Assembly: GCA_002104945.1 (NCBI GenBank)
Contig: MCFH01000001.1
Coordinates: 2,561,576 to 2,625,575 of the forward strand
Direction of reading: 5' to 3'
DNA length: 64,000 nucleotides
Origin: Piromyces finnis finn
Taxonomy: Eukaryota > Fungi > Neocallimastigomycota
Below are positions 10,791 through 22,219 of this stretch, one piece after another. Below the pieces are notes generated by a model. That model did not search any database and was not told the origin of the DNA. It saw only the letters and a program-made list of their open reading frames with translations. A program made the position numbers and the translations under genes. Numbering within the stretch: the first letter of the stretch is position 1; the number at the start of each line of letters is the position of its first letter.

Positions 10791-13700
10791 ATGGAAAATA
10801 ATATATTAGAAAATACACAACAAAATCCCTTTGATGATGAAAAATCAAATATTTTTGGTCATATTTATCTTGCCAATGTTCGTAATAGACTTAGAGAATT
10901 AGAAAATCCAAATGACATTGATTGTAAAAGATGGATTTGGGAATTAGTTCAAAATGCAAAAGACAGTATTTCTGGAAGGTCTGATAGAACTAGTGTAGAT
11001 ATTGAAATTATTATTTCCGGAGATACTTATACTTTTAGACACAATGGATCACCCTTTACCATAAGTAATCTTACCGCCTTACTTTATAAATATAGTAGTG
11101 GTAAAACCAATGATTGTGAAAGTACCGGTCGTTTTGGTACAGGATTTCTTACCACTCATTGTTTATCAAAAAATGTTAAGATTAGTGGAGAAGTTATATT
11201 GCGTAATAAAGCAGAACCTCAAGGATTTACTGTGACTATGTATAGAGAAGGTGAAGATGAACAACTTTTAGAAGGATTAAAAAATACAGAAAAAAGTTTC
11301 CGTACACCAATCGAGGTTAATGGATGGACAACGTATGTCTATGAAGCTGTCACAAAACGAAATAAAGAAGCTGGTGATCTAGGCATTAAAAATTTCAAAG
11401 AAAATATTTCCAAGGTGATGTTATTTTGTTCTGAAATTAACAGTATTCAACTGAATGAAAACGGAAATGAGTATAGCATTACCCGAGATATAGTTATAGA
11501 AAATCTTTCAGGAGGATGTCAAATGCTTTATTTTCATATTCATGATAATCACAGAGAATATACCAAAAAGTTTTTATGTAATAAAGTGGATGAACCAAAC
11601 GAATTATTATCCCAAAAATTTGGGAAAAAAAGAAATTTAAGGCTGTGTTGTGCCATCCAATTGGATGAAAAGAATGATATTCTTATTGAACCGGAATGCC
11701 CATGTCTTTTTTGTTCCCTTCCATTAGTTGGATCTGAAAAGCATGTCTTACCTTTTATTATTAATAGCCCGGATTTTGAACCTGATTCGGAACGACAAGC
11801 TATTCTACTGGAAGGTAATAAAATGAATGAAAAAACCCAAAAACTTTCGGATCCTGGTGTAAATATGATTATTCTTCATCGAGCTCAAGAAATGTATGTC
11901 AATCTACTCAAATCGGTTTGTTGTAATGGCGTTGGGAAAAGATATCATTTAACTCGCGGTCTCTGTTCCACTCCATGTGTTACAAATTTCTTTGATAAAA
12001 ATTGGTATAAAGAGAATTTTATGCAACCCATGAGAACTATTTTACATCAACATCCAATAGTATGGAATGGGAATTTCTATAGTAGATTAACCGAGGTTTA
12101 CCTTCCAAAATTAAGTGCTTATTATAATAAGGAGGTGACCAAAGATGATACCAAACAAGCCTATCATTTTATTTCGAAATTATATATAGGTGAGGTACCA
12201 GAGTATGAAGAATCGATTCTTATTGAAAACAATATTTGGAAAAAGGATTCGAGATTAAAATTTATTAGTATTGAAGAATGTGTTTGTAAAATTGAGGAAT
12301 GGGGGACGATGGATAAATTAAATACTATAATGAAAGATGATGATGCCTGGGCATGGTTAGATGATTTTCTTGTCTTTATAAAAAAGCATCATCCAGAATA
12401 TCTCGAGAACCATGCCATCATTCCAAATATGAATTCGACATTTGTTAAATTAACCAAGAACCTTGCATCCTCCAAAAATGTATCGGAAGATATGATTCAT
12501 TGTATTGAAAAACTAGGTCTTTCATGGAAGGATAACCATATTCATAAAAGTATCTTAAACTATACCTCCGGTACGGATCATGACACAAATTATGCGGTTT
12601 CGAAAATACGTGACCATCTGACAAACTGGTCAAAACATTTCTTGACCCTAATGCATTATATTCCCGATGATCAAGATCAAGAGTTTATCCAAAAACGTAA
12701 AGCTATCTATGAATTTTGTTGTACAGTTTGGAGTGATACAATGGAAGAAATGAAAATAATTCAAACTTTTCCAAAGGAATTATGGAATGGAATAGATGAT
12801 ATCATTTTCAAACATTTGATCAAAGAAATATCAAACTACGGGAAACTGGATGATCATCTGTATACTATTGATTTTATGATTCAATTCTTAAAATGTGTCT
12901 CAAAATATTATCCGGACTATCGTCATTACCGATTATTCCCTAATCAAAATGGTCTATTTTGTACTATGGACAAGATCTATGAGGATAATCATATTCCAGA
13001 TATTTTTAAGGAATGTTTAAAAGTTTGTTTTGACGATGACATTAAAAAGGAATTACTTGATCCAAGAATGTCACCCATAAACTATTTACTTCCAAAGGAT
13101 AAAAAAAGCATCTATAGTTATAATAATAAATTAAAATATTATTTTGAATTACCAGAGTCGTGCAACCCTAACGCTCATTTAAATAAGGATGGAAAAGGTC
13201 TAGAGAATATAGAGTATATTAAAGTAGAAAAAAAGGAATTGGCTGCCACCTATTTAATTAGAATCCTTCCTGAACAAAATTCCAGTAGTAGTGCAGAACA
13301 AGAATCGAGTTTGCATTTTGACTATACTTCCAGTGCCTCATCAAAGCAAAGGAAACTTTATCATTTATATCAACTTTTTACAAAAACCAATGATATCACA
13401 CAAACCATTAAAGAAAATGATCAAAATGAAGGAATTTGGAAGTATTCTAATACCTATATTTATCGATTTATTAGAAATGAAATTGAAAAATGGGAAGACC
13501 TTGATTCGTTATCCAAAGCTTTAGGAAAATCGGATCAAGAAATCTTGACCTATCTCAAGCAATTTATTCATCATTATTCCAGGGAAGGAAGAGTGGTCCT
13601 TAATCAAAATAATCATTTTTGTAGAATTGACGAATTACAAAATGAAGAATGTTTCGATGATCGCCCTATTCCAGAAGTATTAAAAGATATAAGTAAACTT

Positions 13701-14678
13701 TTAGGGGATGATGTCAAGAATTGTCTTGTTCATCCATTGATGGGAAAGCCATGTATAAAAACCATGTTTTACCCACAATTTTGTCTTAAAATTGATAAAA
13801 TGGTAAAAGAATGGTACGAAAAACCACAAAATCATTCGAATTCCGAATTTAAAGAGGCCGCAGGAAATTTAATTGAAATATACTTTAACGATATTGGGAA
13901 TAAAAAAGCCAATGAATACTTCCCCCTCACCTACAACTTGAAAGATCCGATTATTTTAAATGTCATTTATGATAAAGAAACCCGACAAAACATAACAAAA
14001 CTTGGACAATACGGAAAGGATGCCATTAAGAAACTTGTCCAAAATCCAAATATTATAAAAAAAATAATAAGTGGTGAATTAGACGACAACCTATTTTCTT
14101 CTATTACCCACTACGATGACCATAACGACAATGTGTGTGTGTTACGAATAACAGGGTATAGTAAAATTACTAAATTTAACATTCCGTGTAATGCATTTTT
14201 TTCCTTTAAAGATATTATAGAATTTCTCCATGAATATGTTAATTATTTAAATGATTTTAAAGATTCCGTGAAAAAAGAAATTATTATTTATGGTGAAATT
14301 TACATTTATGAGTATCTTTGTAATTCTGGTTTATACAAAAATGTTAGATGGAATCGGTTAAGTCACGAAGAAAGCCAAGGTGAAATAATTGAATATAACG
14401 GAAAAAAATATTGTATTACACCGGAAGATTCACTATCCCATTGTGGTATTATTGTTGAAACCAATGATCATCAGACAATATATGTTGATGTGAAATCAAC
14501 AAATAGTCAGTTTAACAGTAAAATTCCATTATTTTTTGATGAAAAGAAAATTTATAAAATGAAAGATCAATATTCATTCAATCAATATGTATCAGCTATT
14601 GTTTATAATGTCAAAAGCAAACCATTACATTTCTTTATATCATTAAGAGATAATCTTTATCAAAAGATAATCCAATAA
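10791..14678 (+). CDS. Sacsin/NOV-like GHKL (HSP90-type) ATPase with internal repeats and a C-terminal DUF3883/NOV_C-like domain, 1295 aa, intronless
   Basis: GHKL motifs RWIWELVQNAKDS, FRHNGSPF, TGRFGTGFLTTH; sacsin-like LFCSLPL...LPFIINSPDF. C-terminal YGEIYIYEYL...VRWN...IYVDVKST resembles DUF3883. ATG is preceded by an A-run, like other genes in this window. Confidence 0.85.
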   Translation: MENNILENTQQNPFDDEKSNIFGHIYLANVRNRLRELENPNDIDCKRWIWELVQNAKDSISGRSDRTSVDIEIIISGDTYTFRHNGSPFTISNLTALLYKYSSGKTNDCESTGRFGTGFLTTHCLSKNVKISGEVILRNKAEPQGFTVTMYREGEDEQLLEGLKNTEKSFRTPIEVNGWTTYVYEAVTKRNKEAGDLGIKNFKENISKVMLFCSEINSIQLNENGNEYSITRDIVIENLSGGCQMLYFHIHDNHREYTKKFLCNKVDEPNELLSQKFGKKRNLRLCCAIQLDEKNDILIEPECPCLFCSLPLVGSEKHVLPFIINSPDFEPDSERQAILLEGNKMNEKTQKLSDPGVNMIILHRAQEMYVNLLKSVCCNGVGKRYHLTRGLCSTPCVTNFFDKNWYKENFMQPMRTILHQHPIVWNGNFYSRLTEVYLPKLSAYYNKEVTKDDTKQAYHFISKLYIGEVPEYEESILIENNIWKKDSRLKFISIEECVCKIEEWGTMDKLNTIMKDDDAWAWLDDFLVFIKKHHPEYLENHAIIPNMNSTFVKLTKNLASSKNVSEDMIHCIEKLGLSWKDNHIHKSILNYTSGTDHDTNYAVSKIRDHLTNWSKHFLTLMHYIPDDQDQEFIQKRKAIYEFCCTVWSDTMEEMKIIQTFPKELWNGIDDIIFKHLIKEISNYGKLDDHLYTIDFMIQFLKCVSKYYPDYRHYRLFPNQNGLFCTMDKIYEDNHIPDIFKECLKVCFDDDIKKELLDPRMSPINYLLPKDKKSIYSYNNKLKYYFELPESCNPNAHLNKDGKGLENIEYIKVEKKELAATYLIRILPEQNSSSSAEQESSLHFDYTSSASSKQRKLYHLYQLFTKTNDITQTIKENDQNEGIWKYSNTYIYRFIRNEIEKWEDLDSLSKALGKSDQEILTYLKQFIHHYSREGRVVLNQNNHFCRIDELQNEECFDDRPIPEVLKDISKLLGDDVKNCLVHPLMGKPCIKTMFYPQFCLKIDKMVKEWYEKPQNHSNSEFKEAAGNLIEIYFNDIGNKKANEYFPLTYNLKDPIILNVIYDKETRQNITKLGQYGKDAIKKLVQNPNIIKKIISGELDDNLFSSITHYDDHNDNVCVLRITGYSKITKFNIPCNAFFSFKDIIEFLHEYVNYLNDFKDSVKKEIIIYGEIYIYEYLCNSGLYKNVRWNRLSHEESQGEIIEYNGKKYCITPEDSLSHCGIIVETNDHQTIYVDVKSTNSQFNSKIPLFFDEKKIYKMKDQYSFNQYVSAIVYNVKSKPLHFFISLRDNLYQKIIQ

Positions 14679-15591
14679 TCCAGTGATTATAGTATAGTAA
14701 ATAATAAGAAAATGTAGGCATTATATTATAGTGTGATTATTAAAACAAAAAGCATTTAATATAAAATAGATTAGTTTTTTTCTCGTTCAGTAAAATATTT
14801 TACATTATATAAATATAGTAATAATACTAATATATTATGGATATATCTATATTTTTTCTTTGAATAAAATATTAATATTAAATTAAATCAATATAAAAAT
14901 TTTTATTCTTTTATATATCTATTTTACAAAGTGAAAAGAAATATTTAAATGTAATTTAATTTTTATTTATATATTCAAATAATTAAAAAAAAATAATAAC
15001 ATAACATACCATCTATAAAATATAAAATGAAATATTCTAAAGCTGTCACGCTTTACATTTGATGTAACATTATAACTTTTAATCATCAAAAACTATTTTA
15101 AATAATAAAATATAAATGAAAAAAATTTATATATCTTAACGTCCAGTATATTTTATGAAAAGTCTATATAATTTATATATAATTTGTTATAATGTAGTAG
15201 GTAAAATATAGTTTTAACATTTATATTTTTTCTTTTATTTTATAGAAACAAACCAAAAAAAATATTATTCCATTTTTATTTTTATATTTAAAAATATTAA
15301 TGGATTTACAACCATATTATTGGTTAATATTTAATTAAAAGATCAAGTTCATGATCTAAAATGTTGTCAAATAAATTAATAAATTTTAAATTAAAAATTC
15401 TAATTAAAATAAACTTTAATGATTAATAAAAGTTTGTTTTTTTTTTTAAACTATTGGTGTTGTTGCTAAAAAACTTTTTCATAACATTTTATTTTCATCA
15501 ATAGTATAATCTTTATTATTACAACTATTAGTATAAATATTATAAAAATATTTTTTGATATATATATTAAAAAAATTTACTTTTCATTACA

Positions 15592-16200
15592 TTAAAATAT
15601 TAAAAAGTAGTATGAATTATTTTCTTTTTCTTTTTTGTCATTTTGTTTTACATAGTAAATAACAATTAGGACAATGGCTATAGATAGATAACAACAATAA
15701 AAAACAATAATATATTTCATAAAAGTATTACTGCTTTCTTCTGGTTCATTTTGATGAACACATATTTTATTTTTTAAACAATCAGCTAGATCACCACATT
15801 CATCATCCTTTGTACATTTTTCTTCAAAAGTTAATATGAATTTAACTTTAAAATTCGGACCTTCTTTAGTCGTTCTGCAAATATAGGAAGGATTATTATT
15901 ATTTATCATACATATACCCTCAACACGAATTTTTTTCACAAACTTTTGTATTATATTTTTATTACAAGATAAAAAAATTTTATTTTCATTGTTATCTTTA
16001 ATATTTGAAAAGTATTCACCACCTATACTAACAATACTAACAAGGTTCATTTTTATGACAAATATATTGAAATTTACAAGCAGAAAATTCTTCATCATTT
16101 TTATTGACAAGTGGTACTACGTAATGACGTGAGCTTTCTTCCGGACACCTATATGTATCATTTCCACTTTGTTAAAGTGTTTGATAACTCATTTTTTAAG
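15592..16200 (-). pseudogene. Degraded Cys-rich single-pass membrane protein gene
   Basis: ORF 15592-16110 has CTKDDECGDLADCLKNKIC and a C-terminal TM helix. The upstream coding-like segment (GNDTYRCPEESSRHYVVPLVNKNDEEFSACKFQYICHKNEPC*) is in a different frame and has an in-frame stop before it. Confidence 0.5.
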
Positions 16201-16260
16201 TGAATGTATATTGATATAATAATAATAATAATAATAATTTTTAGATAATATTTTTGCTTA

Positions 16261-16558
16261 TTTTATTTTATTTTATTTTATTTTATTTATTTTATTTTAT
16301 TTTATTTTATTTTATTTTATTTTATTTTATTTTATTTTATTTTATTTTATTTTATTTTATTTTATTTTATTTTATTTTATTTTATTTTATTTTATTTTAT
16401 TTTATTTTATTTTATTTTATTTTATTTTATTTTATTTTATTTTATTTTATTTTATTTTATTTTATTTTTTTTTTTTATTTTATTTTATTTTATTTTTTTT
16501 TTTTATTTTATTTTATTTTATTTTATTTTATTTTTGTTTTTGTTTTTGTTTTTGTTTT
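16261..16558 (+). repeat. (TATTT)n microsatellite followed by a short (TTTTTG)n run
   Basis: Read directly; explains the spurious FYFIL ORF at 16254-16571. Confidence 0.95.
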
Positions 16559-17614
16559 TTATAAAAAATAATTTTATACTTTTTCAAACTAAAACTCATT
16601 CTATTTAAATAATAATCTTTTTTCTTATTTCTCTTTCCTTTTTAAACTAATAAATTCAAGCATTCTTTCTCTTGTGAACGAATGCCAAAATTAAAAAAAA
16701 AAAAAAAAAAAGGTTAATGACTCATTAATAAGTAAATAAATAAATAATGAATAAATAAATTTATAATAAAAAATGGATGAATGAATAACTAATTTATTAA
16801 ATAAAAACTAAACTTTATCTTTTATATTAAATTTTAATTTTTGTTATTTTAATTAGGAATATGAAAGTTGTTTTTATTCTTTACACCATTTTACCATTCC
16901 AAAAATATAAAACCATCGACCATTTTATTTTTATTTTTTAATAATTTATTTATTTTATTATTATTTTTAAAAAGTATTAAAAGTAATCAAAAAGAATCTT
17001 TTTATTATTATTATTATTACTATTATTATTATTATTACAAATAAAATTATAACGATTAAATTTTTAAAATGATTTGCCAAAAGATTAAAAAGAAAAAAAA
17101 AAAAAAAAGGAAAATATAGAATTAGTTAATATATGACATTTTATTTAATTATTGGTATAATTCATATAATATTAAAAAAAAAAAAAAGAAAAAAAAAAAA
17201 AAAAACATGGCCAATATTGTCATCTTTTAATTTCAATCCAATCCCACAAAGATTAAAGTTATCAATGTAAATCTCACCAAAAAACATCAAAATTTATCAT
17301 TTAAATTATTGAATTTGAAATTGTAAATATTTGTTTTATTTTGGTAATTCAAAGGAATGTGTTCTATTTAAAATTTCTTTTTTTTTTTTTTCTGTTATTG
17401 ATTTCTATGATTTAAATATACTTTTTTTTTAAATTAAAAAAAAAATAGTATAAATATAATATTCTATTTTTTAAAATATATATATATCATCATTAAATAA
17501 TATTTATGTTATTATTATTTAATATAATATATATTATAGCATATAAATTAACATGATTTTTTTTTATGTATATTGTCAATTTAACGTTTTTTTTTTTAAA
17601 AAAAAAATAAAAAC

Positions 17615-17734
17615 TTAATAATAATAGTAATTATTTGGTTGTTTTGGATCTGGTAATCTATTAAAACTTGGGTAGTTTGAATATTTATTGTAAAGAGATA
17701 TACGAGGTTGTGGTAGAGAAGCCCAACTATTGTC

Positions 17735-17799
<65 letters not shown>

Positions 17800-19349
17800 A
17801 TACTTTATTTTGATGATGATTTTCTTCTTCATCAATTTCAGGAGAGTTAAATATGATTTTTTTTACATTGACATCTTGACTATTAAGAATACCTGTATTA
17901 TAATTATCTCCAGAAGTTTTATCTCCCCTAAAATAATGATCCATATCTAATAGGTTATTACCATTATTTTTTGAACTTATTAATAATATTTGGTCAATGA
18001 AAATAAATATGTATTGAACACTGGTTACCACTGCTCTAAATTCCTCAACCGAGCAATCAATTTCCTCTTTTCCATTATTGTGGAAATAAATATTTATAGT
18101 AGATACCACAAATAAGAAAGGAAAAGATAGAAGAGCAATCATTGCAGAAATAATAATTCTAAATTCAGAGATTAACCTAAATTTTTTCATTAAGCCGTAC
18201 TCTTCTGTTTTCCTGGTTTTATTAAATAATTCTTTTTTCAAAGTTTTATAAATTACCCATTCATAAATAAAAGTGGTAAAAGCAATAATAGCTTGTAAAA
18301 CCCAATAAAAATTATAATATTTTGTCACGAATTCATTATTAAAACGTTTATCCATATACAATTTTGATGGTGATACATACAATTGTGATATGGGAACAGC
18401 AAGTTTTGAAATATTATAAATTATACATGTGATGTATAATAGTTTTAAATTATTTTTATTTTTTGTTACTGCTTTTGTACGAAGTAACGGATACCAATCC
18501 CCGATGATTTCTCCTATATACCAAAAAAAGCTATTAATTTGACGGGTAAGAAACCATTTTAAAGGATGGTGTTCTGCAGAAATACATACGCTAACACAAG
18601 AACCATCACGACTTATTGCATGATAATAAGGTAATAATTTTCCTAATTGTTCTATTATATCACCGATAGCCCTAAAAAAAATTTTTTTTAAACATTTTAA
18701 TAAATAAAAAAAAAAAGACATAAAATTAATTATTTGTACTGATAATAATTAAAATGGTTTTACAAAATAAAAACCAAAAAAATAATTATTTGTATTGATA
18801 ATAATTAAAACGTTTAAATAAACTCGGAAAACCCAATTATTATTATTAATAATAGTAATTAAAAGTTTAAATAAACCTTGAAAAAACAAATACTCATAAG
18901 AATTAAAATAGTTTAAACCAAAAAAAAAAAGGATAGTTTATTCTATTTAATTAATAAAAGGAATAATCAATTCATTTCATTCATTTTTAATAATTCTGTT
19001 AAAATATATGTATATATATTTTCTATAATTACCTTAGGGTATAATGGTATAAAACAAGTTTTATTATTGGTCTTCTAGCATTAAATTTATACATTATTAG
19101 TAATAATAAAGTCCAATAAAAATAAGGAGATTGAAATGGTTTTAAAAATGCATAAAAGATATTTCTAGCAAAGTCTATTTTATCATTTATACGTTGAATA
19201 GAACTATCTGTTTCGTTAATGAATTGAATATAACAATCAAAACTTGTTCCTTTACTCGATAACCATTGACCTAAAGTTCCACTATCATTTTCCATAAAAT
19301 ATTTATATTCTTTATCATATAAACTTTTTATTTCTTGATCTGTTAACAT
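17615..19349 (-). CDS. 2-exon 7-TM (GPCR-like) membrane protein, ~457 aa; exons 19349-19033 and 18671-17615
   Basis: Donor AG|GTAATT at 19033/19032 and acceptor TTTTAG|G at 18672/18671 join in frame (YTLR|AIGDII); 1374 nt total. Seven hydrophobic segments, no signal peptide, cytoplasmic tail with poly-Asn. Confidence 0.8.
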
Positions 19350-22181
19350 TTTATCATGACGCTTTATATATATAAATGTATTTAAAAAAAGTATACTTTT
19401 AGTTATTATTACTTTTCTTTTTTTTTTTTAAAATATAAAAAGTGTAAAATAAAAAAGAAATTTCTTGTTTTTATTTATATTCTTTTTTTTTTTTTTAATT
19501 TATTTTAATTAAATTTAATTTATATTTGATAAATTAATTACTTTTTTTTTTTTTAATCATGATTTATTTATTCTTTTTGTTAAAAAAAAAAAAAAAAGTA
19601 ATTAATAGAATAATAGTAAATATTGTTGTTGTTGTTGTTTTATTCAAATAATTACTTTTTACAATCTTTAATCATTGTATTATTGATATATTTATATATT
19701 TATTATTCTAAAGAATAAAAAAAAAACTAATTATTTTTCATATGAAGGTAACATTTAAAAAAAAAAATTTTTTTAATATTTCACAATATCAAATAAAATG
19801 AAAATCTTTTTTTTATATATATATATATATAAATATAAATATAAATATAAATATATAAATATTAATAATTATTAAATATTAAAAAATAAATATTAAATAA
19901 ATATATTTATTAAATATTTATAAATTATAAATTAGTATTAACTATTATTATTTATTATTATAATAATTATTAATTATTAACTATTATTATTTATTATTAT
20001 AATAATTATAGGTGATGATGATGATATATTTTAAAGGTGATAAAATAGAAATGGGTAGAGTAAAATTGATATATAATTATTATAAAAATTAATAGAATAG
20101 TTTTACATACTTTTTTTTGTGTACTAAATATCGAATACTTTTTTCTTTATCATTTTAATATCTCCTTTTTTAATAGCCTTCAATAAATAATATAATATTA
20201 ACAATAAAAAAATAATAATAATATTTAATAATAGGAATAATAATATTAATTAATAATATTATTATTATATTATTATTAATAGCTATTATTATATATTATT
20301 ATTGTTGTAGTTGTTAGAATATGTGAAACGTTATGACACATGTATTGAAATACATTGAAATATATTGAAACGTATTTGTATGTATTGTATTTGATTAGAT
20401 ATTTAAGTCACAATATAAATGTATCAATTCAACATTAAGTAGTTCTTTATGGACACATAATTTTATTTATCTATATCATATATTTATGGACACATGTAAC
20501 TATCTTATAAAAACATAAACATGTATTAAAGTGTTATAGAGATAGTTATTTTTTATTTATTTTATTTTCTATGGTCACTTGACTATCATTCTGATACGGG
20601 TTAATTTTATGTAGAAAGAATTAAACTTTAATTAATATATATTTTATTAATAATTTTATTTATAACGTTCCAATATTTCTATTCTGTCTAAATACTAAAA
20701 CGTTCTGTCGTTGTCAAATATTAAAATTCTAACTAAAACAAGAAGCCCTTTTTAATAATATTTATTCTAGTCTATTTATACTAATGAGGCTTACTTAATA
20801 ATTAATTGTCCAATTATAAGGCTGGAACTATATGGATCATTCATTTACAATACTCTTTTACATTACATGATATTACATTTGTCATACATTTACATTATAT
20901 TCTTATAAATTGTAGAAATAATTAATATTATAATAAAACTATATAAATTTAATATTAGGAAAAATTACTAATATAATAATATGTTCAAGTCACATATTAT
21001 TTTTATATCAATTCTGATATATGTTTCTTTTATGGTGTAGTCATTTAATATTAGTTTATTTATAATTTATTATATTAGGTGAAAATATTTTACTCTTATT
21101 ATTAACTTCTCTCTTATTAATACTTTCACTTATACTATTTTCTTATTAATTATTAAAACTCTTCTCTCTAATTATTAATTATTTTTATATGAATATTTTT
21201 ATATTATAAAATTCCTATAAAATAATTGAATATCAATTATATAATATAGTGCATTATAATATAGGAATAATAATTAAATAGGATATAATATAATATATTT
21301 TACATTTTAAATGAAGGCACGTTCCCAAGAGGAATCAGTTTCGTTGTAAAAAATAACTATAATTATTATTATATTTTTGATCCATATCTTTATCTTCCAT
21401 TTTTTTATTTTATTTTTTTTTTTAAAATTGAAAAAAAAAGTTCTATTTTTATTTATATTATATTAGGATAAAAAGAAAAGACACAATGACAATAATATAA
21501 AAGTATTAAAATATGAATTAATAATTTAACTATTCAATAAATGCGATAAAAAATTAATATTATATTTATATACAAACTTCCGAGACTATTTCAATATAAA
21601 GTATACTTTCAATTATTTACTATTTCGTGATTTTCATATTAGGTAGTTAATTTAATGAAAAAAAAATTGATATAAAAAATAGTTTTTTTATTATTTAAAA
21701 CATTCATATTTAAAAATTTATGTAATAAGTGATATATATTATAAAACATTATTTATATAGTAATTATAGAATATATGTACATTAGTTTATATATATTCAT
21801 TACAAATTGTATTATATTACATTTTTATTTTTATAGGTTATATATAAAAGTAAAAATTTCGTTTATATATATTATAAATAAATTATGAATATACTACAAA
21901 TTTTATTTTAGGAATTTTAATAATTAAAAAAGTGCAAATTATTAATAAGAAAAGTAAAGAATTAATAATACCGCTCACCTAATATAATAAATTATAAATA
22001 AGCAACATAAAAGAATTATATATCAAAATCAAAAATCTGATCCTATAATTAGTCAAGTAAAATATAAACCAATTTGTGAAATATTATTATATTTTAATAT
22101 CACATATTATTTTATATATAAATTTTATTCCACCCCACATCCGTTATTTAATTTAGTTTTCAATACTTTTTCATCATATCA

Positions 22182-22219
<38 letters not shown>

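Noticed and set aside
16254-16571. FYFIL-repeat ORF (also 36413-36852)
   Set aside because: Translation of a pentanucleotide microsatellite.
17207-17330. Possible small gene or ABC-transporter fragment (minus GEIYIDNFNLCGIGLKL; plus MANIVIF*FQSNPTK)
   Set aside because: Too short and interrupted; no Walker or signature motif.
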